Positions 1 through 13,539 of a stretch of 64,000 bases of DNA are shown here, one piece after another (the stretch's first letter is position 1; every line of letters starts with the position of its first letter). The DNA lies in NCBI GenBank assembly GCA_004022145.1, contig RCNU01000001.1. One strand, given 5' to 3'. This stretch comes from Paecilomyces variotii. Lineage: Eukaryota. The translations under genes and the position numbers were made by a program. The notes below the pieces were generated by a model. That model worked only from the letters and a program-made list of their open reading frames with translations, did no database searches and was not told the DNA's origin.

Positions 1-186
1 AAGTCCTCCCAAGTTGTGTTATTTTTTAATACCCTTGATAATTTTCATTGCGTGTTTTTGTTCCAGTTTCATTAGTATATGATACAAACGTCCAAGAGTT
101 TATGGAACGTAAATCTTGTACGTAACGCCATAAATATCGTAACCGCTGCACATATTTGTCGTATTCAACCCGTGTTAGGAAGGCCT

Positions 187-1626
187 CTACAAGGGACCTC
201 TATCCTCAAAAGGTGAATCATGAGTAAAGAATTCAAGTGGACTTGAAGACCCAGACGACCGGACTTCATCCTCTCCGACCCGTACATCGCAGCGTGACTC
301 CATATGCTTCTGGTCATGATCCGGAAGGCCAAGGGCCTTTGAAGACGCCGGTAGCATTTCATGTTGGGAGTTCCTCGACTGGGTCCATGTTTCCATCTCA
401 ATCGTACGCAATATCTCAACTCGCTCGGGCCCGTCGCTACTCGCGTGTTGCTGTGCAGATGATAACCTGGATCGGGAGTCTTTCGAGAGCCCAGTAGACC
501 TCCAGAGTTTTTGCGTACGACCGCTTTGGCCCAAACTTGACGAGGCGAGGTTGCGCGTCGACTGAAACAACCGCGGAACGAAGTGTGCCACCAGTGGACG
601 GAGAGCAGGTGCGGAAGCGCAAATCTTGACGACAGTTAGCAGACACACAATGTGGCAATGGGGTCTCAAAATAACGTACCAGGCCCAGGTTGATTTCAAT
701 AGCGGCCGCAAGGAAAATCGGCCAGCCTACCCATGTTGAATCATACGAGGCGATCAGACTCTTATAAACAAAGGCTGTCCGGATGGCACCGGCCACATTG
801 ACCACGATTCCCACGCCGAAAATGGAGATTACTGCCACGCGTTGTCGGACTGGCAGTTTCAATCTCCAGATCAGAGGCATTGGCAGAACGGTGCACAACA
901 GATCGGTGAAGATATTGACGACACTGGCCGCAAAGACATCGTTATTCCCATTGAGACAGTGGTACGGGTAACTTGGCTCCAGATCCCAAAACGCACGAAC
1001 GGGGCTATAGGCTCGAGGTCAGCGGTCGACAAGTCATGTCGACAGAAGTAAGTAGGGCACGTACTTGCACTGAAAAATCGTCATACAGACGAACGTGATG
1101 CACATCGCTGCGACAACAAACATTGCCGCGATGAGACAGAGATTGAATGACCGAAAAGCGCCCTTAATCCCGGCTCCCAGTAGTCGCCTGCAGAACCACA
1201 GCAATGACAGCTTGGTCAGTGTCGAGGCGAAAGAGAAGAAGACCTGAAACATCATGTTGAGTTTCTCTGAAGTGGGGATCCATTCCAATGGTACATCCCA
1301 GATATGTCGGTTCCAGCCATACTGAGCGGACGCAAGAGAGGTGACAACGGCCATAGCAATCGCAAAGAGCTGCCCCGGCAGTTGTTAGCTCTATAGTTTA
1401 TGGGCAATGTTTCTCGCGGCCTTACCATGCTGACAATGATAGTCGCATCGTCGAGACCAACGCTGCCAGTGATCCTCAGCCTAGTGTAGATGCGCATGCA
1501 AACGACTAAGAACGATAGAGAGGTGAAGACGATATTGACAACTAGCAGTGCACCTCCACGACTCAGAGGATCGATGTAATTCGGCGTTGGCCAGTGGGCC
1601 ATCACGCTTGCAGGAGGCAACTGCAT
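187..1626 (-). CDS. PTH11-like / fungal rhodopsin-domain integral membrane protein (putative GPCR-like receptor), 4 exons
   Basis: ATG at 1626 (MQLPPASVMAHWPTPNYIDP). Family-typical segments are RIYTRLRITGSVGLDD, YGWNRHIWDV, LTKLSLLWFCRRL, LPMPLIWRLKLPVRQRVAV and IEINLGL/ICASAPALRPL. Introns at about 1370-1425, 1005-1064 and 625-679 (the last has an AAG acceptor). Stop at 187-189. Confidence 0.85.
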
Positions 1627-4458
1627 GGTGGCAGAAAGACCGTTTGAACGAAAACCGAAACCCAACGAGCGAAGATGACCGCAGAGCGGTCACTTGGGAA
1701 GGATTGACTCCGATCTGTTATTGCAGCGCAAGAATTCAACATTTATGTCAAAGGGATGACGGTCTCCATATACCCATGCCGGCCGAATCTCCTCCAGCCA
1801 AAGTTTCAGTCAGAAGGGGACTACCCCAGGGACCAAGATTTAGTCGATACCAGCTCCATCGACAGAGACTTTGCCAAAACTGCTCGCAGAGCCGTTCTAA
1901 CGAGAGTATAAGCCGCAGTGATGCATCCACATCTTCCATCATCGCGTGGTACTGTGCAGTGAGGGGGCATTATTGGCGCCCTTAGTGTGCATCGACGGAT
2001 AGTCATCGTTGCCTTGTGGGCCAGTTGGCTTGGAAGTCCGAAGAGCTCATCGCAAGGCCGAATAGTCTGAAGAACTACATGCAGGTCAAACTTCTCTTGA
2101 CCATACGCTAGGGTTCCATCCGTGGTTGGTGCACGCACGACTTCCAAAATGGCAGTCTCTCCGATGAGCCCTGGGAGCCGCGATCTCCAGGGTATTGAAG
2201 GCCCTATGGTGATAGGTAGATCATAGGGCCCATCGGTTCGCAACCGGCTCCACGGAGGGGCGGAAAGGACTTTGATCGCACCCTGGGAGTAGATTATCGA
2301 CCGAAGAGCCCTACAACAGTGTGATGGCCCAGGAACCAGGGACATGTTGGACAGCTCATGTATATCTCGCCCTTGGTAGCTGTCGAGGACATTAGCCGCG
2401 GTATAATTCGGTTATTAGCTCTCATTATCGCTATGGATGGCCGCATCGGTGCCGTATTGCATCTTTTCACCGGCAAAGAAGAGCATCGTAATCGAAGTTG
2501 TTCCTCCACCCAGCCACCACTCATCACCGGCCAAATATCCCACATTATTATTGAAAGCCATGTTCCGCTGTTACCAGGGCGTTCGGCAATCAATGCCATG
2601 AGATCCGTGGGATGAGCACGAAAGGTTCCACCGCTAGACTCCGACCACGTGCAGCCGAGTCTGCGCGGCCTGTGCCGCCCTGTGGCGCGTTGTGAAAACA
2701 AATAAAGGCGGGGGACCAGACCAGCCCAGAATATCGGCAAGAACAGCGATAGATTCCAGAGGAAAGTGTTCTAGAATAAGTAGAAGCTCAGGCAATCATT
2801 CCGTCACTAAGGATTCGCAAGATATACCAGCATTCCCGACATTCGAACCGTCTTAGGTATTATTGCACACTATCTCAGATGTAAAATGCGACGGCCGGGT
2901 TGGAGGAACGAAGTTCATCTGCTATTAGGCTTGAGCGTGGCCACCATCAACCAGGTTGCACAATAGAACTGGCCTAGAAAATCAATCGACTCGATTGATA
3001 TGGTGGCAAGTGACTGTTGCAATTGGGACAGCGCTATATTGGCAGACTTTCCAGGGTAGCTAGGAGTCCTTTTCCTCTTGCTGCAGCACATCCACTGAGC
3101 AGGCGTAGCTGTCCGGGGAGTCACCACGCTGCTCCCTAGTAAGGTTGCATTGATTGACTCCAACCGCACCAGCGTTGTGCAATAGTTGATTAGTGGCAAG
3201 CTATTTGAGCACAGAGAGTTGAGCACAGAGGCGTATTACCTCTTAACTGTGTGATATCGGCCTGCTCTCAGTAAGCCATTTATCGAGCGTTTTCAGTCTC
3301 AGTCGTCTGAAAGTACGGCCTCCTTTCCAATACGACAAAAAGAGCAACAGGGGCCATGCGATGATGATGACCAGACATTCATTGATTTCAGCAAACACAT
3401 GTTTTCTTATTCGCGCAGACCGGACTCCCTGCAGAGCAAATGCAGTCAAGTGCACATTCATAAATCTGGGGACAGACACTCGACGACGCGGCACAGAATG
3501 ACCTTGATATTATTATTACCGTCCGTGCAATCAGGATCATAAGGATGGTGACGGATGACTGACAGAGGACGATCCTATGCAGCTCTCAGGGGTGCCCATA
3601 CTTTAACTGGATGAGAATTTTCCGCGGCCTTCTAGACTCGCCCGTGCGAGTTTCAGCGCCATCGATTTCGTTTCAGATGGCTAAACGGTCGATCTCAGCC
3701 ACTGAACGGTCTCCGTGGGCGCTGTACGGAGTGGAAGCGAAAATAGAATGAGGCAACAGTAGCAGCATGAGTCAATAATGGGCCGCTTGGATAGATGGGA
3801 TGATAATAATAGACCCAGTTGTATTCTTCCCTCTGTCTGTTGACCGTTGGGATGACCGTTTGGCTGCGGATGAGTGGGCTGCGGGTGGCGGCTGTTCCCG
3901 TGTTTTGACATTACCGTGGACAATAGATGTGCAGTTTAGTGCCGCCCCCGGGTTTCTCAACAGAACAGCAGCTTTGAGCAATTCAGAATAATGCTAAACC
4001 AATGGCGTAGTCTAATCTTGCCTTTTCTGGGGTCTGGCAGGGCTGGATCTTGACGCAGAATGTGGAGTAGTGCTCAGACAGGCGCTGGTTCTTGCTCTGA
4101 GACAATGGCCTCTATCTACTAGTATCTAGCCTCTTAACTCTTATCCGGTCTTTTTTTCTTCTTCTCCATCTCATCCCACCTCTTTTCTTTTTGTTTTCAC
4201 CCAATCCATTCGTTTTCCTTGGGTGTTTTCTTCTTTACGTTTCTTAGAGACGGACCTTTTTGTATTTCTTTTCCTCAATGCAGTTGCTAACGTCTTTCTC
4301 TGCTTGATTTCAATTTCTCACCGCTCGTACGGCTAGACGGATCGCCATCGCAACAAGATACGTACGCTTACAGTCCATTCTCCAGCCAGCAACGGAGTAG
4401 CTGCTCATAGCAGGTCTCCAGTGCCTACACAGTACACCATAGGACCCAAACCGGAAAA

Positions 4459-6182
4459 ATGGATCATCAGACGGACCATGACACAGAGCGAGATGTCCAC
4501 ATCGCAGCACTGCCCGCCTTTCTGGAGAATCTCGTGCGCGAGGGACATTTCACGCACCAGCAGCACCACCGGAGCAGTGTTGCTGACCTAGACCGCTATT
4601 TCGTAAGTCTAGAACTATAATCTGCCTTGGCATAATCTAACTGTGGCACAGGTTGGTCCACGAGATCTGGATAAGCATACGAAATGGCCCGCGTTTCTGC
4701 GGTTGCATGGGAGCGTTTTCCCCAAGCTGATCCTACCCTTGATATTTATGGCATGCTGGTCGACGTTGATTACTTGTATATCTGCTTTCGTATATAACCG
4801 TAAGAGAATCCACTTCCCGCCTTAGCAAGAAAACCTTTGACTAATGCATCCCCTGGCATCTAGTCGGAATCGATAATATCCTCCTGACAGTTCTCGGTTT
4901 CGTCGTCGGTCTTTCCTTGTCTCTCCGAAGTTCTACGGCATATGAGAGGTAAAGCGAGAGACAAGCCTTTAGCCTGTCGAATACTCTACTGACATAGTCA
5001 AGATATACTGAAGGACGAAAATACTGGGCATTGCTACTGCAAACCTCTCGTACACTTGCTCGTTTGATATGGGTCTCCATAGCTGAACGGGAGGGAGAGC
5101 ATGGAAAAGACGATTTGCTGGCAAAAGTGTATGGTCTCTCTAAGCGTTCTATTCGATATGGAAGAACTTGAGTCTGACTGCGTCTTAGGAGCTCGTTCAA
5201 CCTGATACTCGCGTTCGCCATCGCCTTGAAACATAAGTTAAGATTTGAGCCTCATGTGGCTTATGAAGACCTCGTCCCTATCGCGGGACATTTGGACACA
5301 TTCGCCAAAAGCGCCCACGACTCAGAGTTGCTCAAACATCCCAAAAAGTCGACCTGGAAAGCTGCAGGGGAATACCTTGGAGTGTCCTTTGCTGAGTCGA
5401 ACCCGAGGAAATTGATCAAGCGTTCCAAAAAGCCGCTTGGTAACCTGCCACTGGAAATCCTCAACCACCTTGCCGCATATATCCAGATGAGCGTAGAGAA
5501 CGGTACATTGACTAGTCCTACTGTCCAGACGCAAGTCTGTAAGTATTCAAGACGGCTGTTGACAATTAGAACTATGTTAACGTGACCAGACACTGCCCTT
5601 TCGCAGTTCACCGAAGTCTTGACGGGTACAGAGAGAGTTTTGAGCACCCCGCTTCCAGCTGCTTACACCATTGCGATCTCTCAAATCTCCTGGATCTATG
5701 TCATGGTCCTTCCATTTCAGCTATATAACTCACTAAAATGGATTACCATCCCGGGAACTATCGGTAAGATTTCTCTGTTGCGCCTCTCATGCAGGCAACC
5801 AAGACTTAACGTCTCTGTAGTTGCCGCATACATCATCCTTGGTCTTGCTGCTATCGGCAAAGAAATCGAAAATCCGTTCGGTCACGATGTCAATGATCTG
5901 CCTCTCGACAATTACTGTACGCAGCTCGGTTCAGAATTAGATGTCATTGCCGCCTCGCCCCCACCTAAAGGAGAGGAATTCCTCTCCAGAAGCGAGAATC
6001 TTGTCCTCTATCCTCTGAGTTTCAGCGGGTACGCTGACTGGAGGGAGCGCAGCGTCGAGGATATCCGAGCTGCGTTGAGAAGCAAAGTGATCGCCAACTC
6101 AGCCCGTACGCCCGGTCTATCCAAAGCGTCATCGATGGTGGATTTATCATTCCATCACAGGGCCTCAAAGCAGGGCGCCTAA
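4459..6182 (+). CDS. Bestrophin-like (UPF0187/YneE) anion channel, multi-exon
   Basis: Spliced ORF pieces read WPAFLRLHGSVFPKL, LTVLGFVVGLSLSLRSSTAYER/YTEGRKYW, ERVLSTPLPAAY and IGKEIENPFGHDVNDLPLD, all bestrophin hallmark motifs. The ATG at 4459 is followed by a GTAAGT donor at 4603; the start is less certain than the rest. Confidence 0.85.
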
Positions 6183-6830
6183 ATTTGATATTTCTTTTTG
6201 CTAGCGATGCGGCCAGTCTGTCACAAGATATCTTGCTCTTCTTGCTTGCTTTCAAACGGATCAAAATTGCATTAACGGAGTGGATGTGTCTGATTTCCGA
6301 GGTTATTTGTTCATTTCAAGTACATGTACTTCTTTTCTTCGCGTTCCTCTTTAACTTCTCTCACACCTGTTTGATGCAGGTGATATCAGACGGCGAGCCC
6401 GTCATTCATTTTTGCAGTTCCTATTACTCTCCTTTATGACATCTTGACCTTTATCACGTATTTAACCCAGACCTGGGCAGAAATTGAACGAGATGCGCAA
6501 GTCTTTTCGGACTGCAGTTCTCTGAGACCGTCGCTATGTAGGTGGATCCAAAGCCCGGCAGTGATGACTTGGCTGCTCCTGGTTGAAATCGCGCGATAAT
6601 TCATCTCTTTATCGCTGGATCTTGAGATCACCTGGCCGTCTCGGTCTTTTGGACGCAGAGGTCCCTGCTCCGTCATCCCAAGGAGAGATGGCACGTCTGC
6701 ATCAGATGACCATTCTTGCAGGCATCTTGCAACTGCACGATCGCCTACCAGCGACTCTGCGTGCATATATCTTATCGAGGGGCGATATTCCCTCTGGCAT
6801 GTAATCTATATCGTAGCCCACCCTCACTTC

Positions 6831-7415
6831 TCATGGAGCAAAAAGATCCGTTCCTGATCCATTCACGAGCGCACCGAGGAAATTCCCTTTTGCACAAACC
6901 CTCCATGCAACATTGCCCGCATTTGCGCCCGAGCTCCCACTCGATTTGCTCCCACCAATCCATGAAGACACCGCTGATACGACCGCCGACGCGTCGTCGC
7001 GCGGAACCCGGATCCACGCGTATTTATTCGTGCCGTCATTTTCGACCTTGAGGAGGTCGATGGAGATCGCTGTGCCTGTGACACCTAGGAACTGGGAGAG
7101 AGCGGAAGAGAGATATGTTCGCGTAGTGAGCTCATCGAGGAGCGTGTTCGCAGAGGAGTAACCAGGTTGTGGGATTCTGTGTAATAAGCAAGGCAAGTTA
7201 GTTGCTTATGTCACTCGTGAGTCTTCAAAGTGATAGTCCTAGAGGCCATGGTAGAGATAAACAGAGAGGAAATTGGAGGAGAAACCATACAACTGCAGTT
7301 TCAGATAACTCCATGGCGGATTCCGAGCCGTGAAATGGATCACTTTGCTATCTTTCTGCTGCGCAGATGATGCCGGCGGGGCTGGAGTGTCTGATGCTTT
7401 GCGCTTCGAAGCCAT
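6831..7415 (-). CDS. POP8: RNase P/MRP subunit Pop8-like protein, 2 exons
   Basis: Exon 1 (7415-7291) reads MASKRK...HFTARNPPWSYLKLQL. Exon 2 (7176-6831) contains LDELTTRTYLSSALSQFLGVTGTAISIDLLK...WIRVPRDD...AWRV, which matches fungal Pop8. Confidence 0.75.
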
Positions 7416-8050
7416 TGTCGCTTATTCCAAAATAAATCTGTCCGGCTCAAGATGGGGTTTTCCTTGTCTGGCGTAGAGATTGCTACCAATAAGGGTTGTT
7501 GTCTTTGGCTTTTTTTTTTCTTGATCTGCAAAGGAATTCTAGCGTAAGTCGGAAATGGCGCCTATCAATCGGGAGCTCTAGGCTTGGCAAGGCTTAACGT
7601 TTAGCGTTTGGCTCCCCCGCATTCCTGGGTGATGTCACGCAGCACGCTATATACAACGATTGTTGTATTTTTATAGAAGTACTGTTTGTCGTAAAGACAA
7701 GACTAGAGTTTGTGCTAAGAGCATTTTGTCATCAGCTTCTGGTAGACATAGAATCGAAACCAAATGCCTCGTTTGCTGCGACTACATCGAACGGACTTTA
7801 TATATTTTGAATTTAGAGTAGGTAGTATGAGACCGCTTATTATTGGCTAAGGTGAATAAAGATCATCGATCATACCAGCGCGGAGTATATATATTCTATA
7901 ACAAAAAGCATTCACGATCAGGTTTCTTTTCCAATCATCAATCGATCGAACAACCAAATATCGAAGCGACCATATCCTTACCATAGAACATTCTACGGGT
8001 AGAAGACAAGGGTAGGTCTCGAGTTTATTTCCCATCAACAATAGCTTCAC

Positions 8051-8504
8051 TTAGTCTCTGTTTGGCCTTCTCTAGGAAATCTGCTTCAGTCTCTCCACCA
8101 ATATCCAATCCGCTTATGGAGAGTGTCTTCTCGCGCGACTTGTGACCGCGGATAATCGCGACATCGGATTTGGAGACATCGAAGACCTAAAGGGTACGTC
8201 AGAAGTGCACTTGGCAGGGATTGGAATTGTACGATGATTTAATGCATGAAGAAATGCATATACTCACATCTGCAAGGACCTTCGATACTGCCGCATTGGA
8301 TTCTCCATCTCTTGGAACTGCTGCCACTGCAATGTCGACGGTTTCAGGCCCCACAGCCAATACACCCTGACGCCGCGCAGATGCGTTGGGCTTTACATGG
8401 CAGGATATCTGCAGAGTATATTTTGGCTGTGATTTGCCTTTCCTGTCGCGGATCTTCGTTGCGCTTTGTATCAAACGGAGCAGAGGTGGAGATTTGCTTG
8501 CCAT
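8051..8504 (-). CDS. DUF167 / UPF0235 (YggU-like) protein, 2 exons
   Basis: Exon 1 has CHVKPNA...VDIAVAAVPRDGESNAAVSKVLAD. Exon 2 has VFDVSKSDVAIIRGHKSREK, the DUF167 signature. Stop at 8051-8053. Confidence 0.8.
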
Positions 8505-8889
8505 GTTGAAAGATAGGTAGAGTCCGCACAGGTCAGGCACTGTTTGCTGGAAGACAGATCCTGATTGACCCATCCGGGGAACCTGTTAGCGGTGTCATGG
8601 ACTATCTATCTACTGTACATGCTAATAATTACTGGGGACGATGGTTATTAGTTGTCGGCGGTGCCTGACCTGACTCTTCACCCCGGACAGATCTCGGCCC
8701 AGCATTTCTCCGGCAGCGGACCCTGGGCCAATATTAATTCTCCAACTCCGAATGACGGCCGCAGGCTAAACCCGCATGGGAAATTTACCCCTCCGTTTTC
8801 CTGACTCGAAGCGCACCCCCGCGATCGTTTTTCGATCTTGCTAATTGAACAGCATCCATTTGGATTAATAAATCTCGCTAGTTCACACA

Positions 8890-10414
8890 ATGGCAGAAGA
8901 CAGCGCTGCGCCTAGCCACGAGCAGGACATCAACCCCTGGTCCGTCGAGGGTGCCCGCACGGAGACCGGAGAGGTTGCCGCAATCGACTATGAGTCGCTC
9001 TCCAAGTATGTTTGCCTCTGATTTCCGGGAGTTCGCGCACCTGGTGTCTGCTGCTGACTGACTGATGATAGGAAATGGAATACCTCGCTCATCGACAAGG
9101 AGCTTCTCGAGCGTTTTGAAAGAGTGACCGGCCACAAGCCGCATCGCTGGCTGCGGCGCGGCCTGTTCTTCAGCCACCGTGACTTCGACAAGATTCTGAC
9201 CAAGTACGAACACGGCGAACCGTTCTTCCTATATACTGGACGAGGTCCGAGTACCGGTAGCCTGCACTTGGGACACACGATCCCGCTGCAGTTCACAAAG
9301 TGGTTGCAAGATGTGTTCGACGTTCCGTTGGTTTTCATGCTTACGGACGACGAGAAGGCGCTGTTCAATGATCAGGCGACCTTTGAAGATACCCTGCATT
9401 TCGCGATGGAAAACGCCCGGGATATTATTGCGCTTGGGTTTGATGTCAAGAAGACTTTCCTTTACAGCGACTTGAAGTACCTGGGCAACCACTTCCTGAT
9501 GAACGCCTGGGAGTTCTCCCGTCTCATCACCTTCAACCAGGTTCGCGGTGCATTTGGCTTCAACGAAAGGTAAGCAGCGCCACTATGGTGCCATTCAATA
9601 TCTAGATCAGCGTACTAATAACATAACGCAGCTCCAACATCGGAAAGATCTTCTTCCCGTCTGTCCAGTGCGTCGCCGCATTTGCAACTTCGTACCCCGA
9701 AATCTGGACAGATGAGCCGCTCCCTGTTCGCTCGCAGAAGATCGCAGATATTGCCTGTTTGATTCCCATGGGCATTGACCAGGACCCATACTTCCGTCTT
9801 CTCCGTGATAACGCCCACCGGATGCGTTACCCCTCCCCCAAGCCCGCCCTGATCCACTCGAAGTTCCTCACTGCCTTGCAGGGAGCTGGTGGCAAGATGT
9901 CGTCTTCCAATCCAAACTCGGCCATTTTCATGACCGATACGCCGAAGCAGATTAAGGTGAGCTCTCCATATTCTCTTCGCCCGTAAGGACTAGTCGCTGA
10001 CCTGTCATGTAGACGAAAATCAACAAGTATGCGTTCAGCGGTGGCCAAGTTAGCATCGAAGACCACCGCCGTCTTGGAGGTAACCCGGATGTCGATGTTT
10101 CGTACATCTATCTGACATATTTCGAAGAAGATGATGAAAAACTAGAAAAGATCTACAATGATTACAAGAAGGGTGACCTACTCACCGGAGAACTGAAGAA
10201 GCTGGCTATCGATGTTCTCACGGAGACTGTGCAGCAGTTCCAGGAAAGGAGAAAACAGGTCACGGACGAGGTTTTAGAACAATACATGAAGCCGCGAAAA
10301 CTGGAGTGGCGAGGAAACCCCAACCCTGTCCCGAAGCCCCCTTCCGAGGAGAAACCTGAGGAAAAGGGGAAGGGCAAGGGAAAGAGCAAGGACAAGAAGT
10401 TGGTGGTTTTGTAG
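8890..10414 (+). CDS. Cytoplasmic-type tryptophanyl-tRNA synthetase, 4 exons
   Basis: Contains [30 protein letters not shown] (HIGH motif), [20 protein letters not shown] (KMSKS motif) and [10 protein letters not shown]. Introns lie near 9006-9071, 9570-9630 and 9957-10012. Confidence 0.92.
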
Positions 10415-12166
10415 ACATAAAAAGCATTGCAGCGGCAGGTAGCAGAGTATGAGGAAATGAGGTCTTCATTTTGAAATGTATTGTCCTGGTTGGAGATATA
10501 TACCCTACCACTGATTGCTAGACTTTGGCTGGTGGTATCACACCACGTGCCCCATCATGCCCTTATCAGGGATTCCCGTCACTGCAGCCATGATTTAAAG
10601 GGCATTACACACAAAGCACGCAATTCTTCTTGAGTTTGAGACTTAGTTGCCAGTTCTACACCCCTCTTTGAAGGACTATATCATGTCTTGAAGGAAAATC
10701 GCGCATAACATCGCTCGCCCAGCCTCCCTTATATCTATCCTTTCATCCTAGAAGATGTCTTTGTTCTATATACTTATTATAACATGTAGATTCATTAAAA
10801 GTTCTAGCAACAAGTTAAGATCCCCTATAACAGAAAATTTATAGTAGTTAATTCTAAGCTCAAAGATTCCTAAGCGCAGGCAGGTAATCACTACATAGTT
10901 ATTAGTTATCAGTACAGATCAGACTCCTGGGATACCTCCAAAATCTCTCGTCTTGTGTTTTGTTAAATTTGTCTCTTATCTACTTTTGTAGATCAGTGTC
11001 CTATCTGGTTAATAAACATTCAATAATCTCTGTAGAAGATAAGTAAAGCCACAATATATCTACAAAAAGGGGCAAGGAGATATACTCGGAGAAATCACGA
11101 CATTAATCCTTGATTCTAGCCACAACTGCTGTCGGTTAGCCTTCCGTGTTGAGGTAATAGAATTAGGAAATTCTCCAGTAGGCTATACCATGTCTGGGTG
11201 AGAATAGAATAGGAAAGATATTACGAGATAGGAAAAGACATGGTAGTACATATGGAGAAGTATGGATGACCGTGATTACTGTACTTCTGTGGAATATCAC
11301 GTCGTTACTTGGAGTGTAGCTATCTCCACTCAAAGGGATTAGAGTATGGATACCCCTTGTGGATAACTGAAGTAGTTTCGTCTCTGGACTTTGCTTTGTA
11401 GAGCTAGGGATATATCCGATTCTACTATTTTCTCGTGGAGACCGGAGTATTCCACCGTTGCTGTTGTTGCTGTCTAAACACTGGAAACTCCGTGTTCCAT
11501 GTTAGCCATCCCAACATACCATTTGCTCCTGACAAGCGATATACTCTAATAGTAGTAAATATAGTAAACCCCGAATCGAGAGATATGACAGGATTGTTTC
11601 CTGGATACTATTAGCAGCTCATAGGATACCAGGAGAAAGGAAATTGACACCTTCCCCTGAAGATCACAACATATAAGAAACATGAAGGACTTCACCGCCG
11701 CGACGGCGCCCGCCGGTACCTATTTGGGCAGTTGTATCAACATCGCTTCTCTTACCTAAAGGGGAACGCGTCGTCCTGGACCCTCTCTCACTTCTCACCT
11801 TTGTTTACCTTTTGTCCAATCCTTTCCCGCATGATGTCCTGAACCTATCTTGGAGAAGAGCAGACACTCCTGGAAATCTTGTTTTGTTTCGTCTGGGAAG
11901 ATTCATACTATCTTTGAAGCCTTTGAATAGGGGCTCCTTAGGGAGGTCCTGGCCGTCTTTCTGGCTTTCTGGAATTTCCAAAGACTGCTGCTGCAAGAAC
12001 ACTTTCGTGAGAGGTTGAGAAGGGCCAAAGAGTGTTTCCAAACTCTCCTTTCCCTTTGACTTTGTTAGCTGAATTCTTGGGACTCCCCTATCCCTACATC
12101 ATTATTTCTTTGGAGGCTCCTTTTGTTTGTTGATCGTCAAATCGTCCTCAGGGGCAATCATTCAGG

Positions 12167-13539
12167 ATGGTTCAGACACGCAGGAGCTCTAGAAAGGTCA
12201 CAAAGGATAAGGGTGAACAAGAGAATACAGCCCATGACAAAGAAGCTCATGAGCAGGATAGGAATGGGTCATCTGCAGCGTCTGCGCATCCCAGCACTCC
12301 TGATGCTGGGGTTTCTGCCACTGGCAATGACTCTACCGCAGCTATGTCGAAGCAAGGAGCTCTTAAGAGCCCTCAGAAGAAGATCAAGTGGAGAGGTGCG
12401 CCGAACGATGATGACTTGACTGCATACCATCCGGAGCAAGTTGACTGGAGCATCGACAATCTGCCAGAGATCATTTATGTCTTGAGGCCCACGGCTAAGC
12501 ACGCCAAGTCAAGGGCCGAAGTCACCAAGACGACATATGAGATTTTCGGGCAGGTCGTGAACGACTTCCCAGTGCTACCCCGTCAGATCTCTTCAAGAGT
12601 GGAAGGATGGAGATGCGAGGCCTGGTCTCGCATGGATCGTCGCATCACGCCGGAAGATATCGTGGCGCGCGTCAATCCTAAATATCAAGTGACTGCCTCT
12701 GATATCGAGATGCGCCGATACCGTTTCAGGCAGGGATTCAAACTGGGTGCTTGGGGTTCTGGATCATCCATCGCTGCTGCCGCACGTATTCTCCAGAAAC
12801 ACGGAATTGATCCTAAGCTGAATAGCACGAGGGGATCAACTCCCGGCCTTATCAGACCTGAGCTCGGAGAAGCGGGTGGACGTATCCCGTTAGCCAATCC
12901 TTTCCCCAACTATGATACAGTGAACCCCCGTCGTTCCAGACAGCGTTTCCCTCTGGGCTATCTTCCTACCCCTAGCCCGGCGCCAAATGAACCAATTGCA
13001 CCGCCTATCAAGCCGAAAGAAGAGGACGAAACTGCTCATAGTACGAAGGCAGAGAGCGAAAAGGATGTGGTCTTCGATTCGAAGAGGTAAATCTCTGAGA
13101 TGATCACCTGTTGTGATATTGAGACTAAACATCTTTCAGCAGCGAATCTACTCCGCCCTCCTTGACCAAAGAAAGCCTGTCCCCTGTCCAGGAGATCTAT
13201 AACAACTTCCCATCGTATCCGGATCCTGAGGAGTATGAGCTTGCCCATCATCGTGGGCCTCCTGCACGTGCCTTCCAGAAAGAGACAGAGGAAAAGCACA
13301 TGACCATGACCTTGGAGGAATACTTGCAGCACAACAATCTCACCTACGAACAATACCTGGAACGGGAGAATGAGCCTCGTGCTCGGAAGAGGCGTAGTCC
13401 GATGCTGTCAAATGGTGACGTTTGCATGTCCCTTAGTAAACGTCTCCGCCACTCTATTGAGGGGCCCCTGAAGAGCTCTGACTCCGAAATGGACGAGACT
13501 GCGAGTGAGATCCTTGGTAAATTCAAAAGCGATCCTTGA
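12167..13539 (+). CDS. Uncharacterised protein, paralogue A of the three-gene cluster (2 exons, 439 aa)
   Basis: Exons 12167-13086 and 13140-13539 join in frame across GTAAAT...CTAAAC...TTTCAG. The core domain DWSIDNLPEIIY...DFPVLPRQISSRVEGWRCEAWSRMDRRITPEDIVARV is shared with the next two genes. A basic, NLS-like RKRRSP lies near the C-terminus. Confidence 0.8.

Noticed and set aside
1700-4400. Several 60-174 aa ORFs between the PTH11-like and bestrophin genes
   Set aside because: They show no recognisable motifs, overlap on both strands and have no consistent splice model. This is most likely a long divergent promoter/UTR region.
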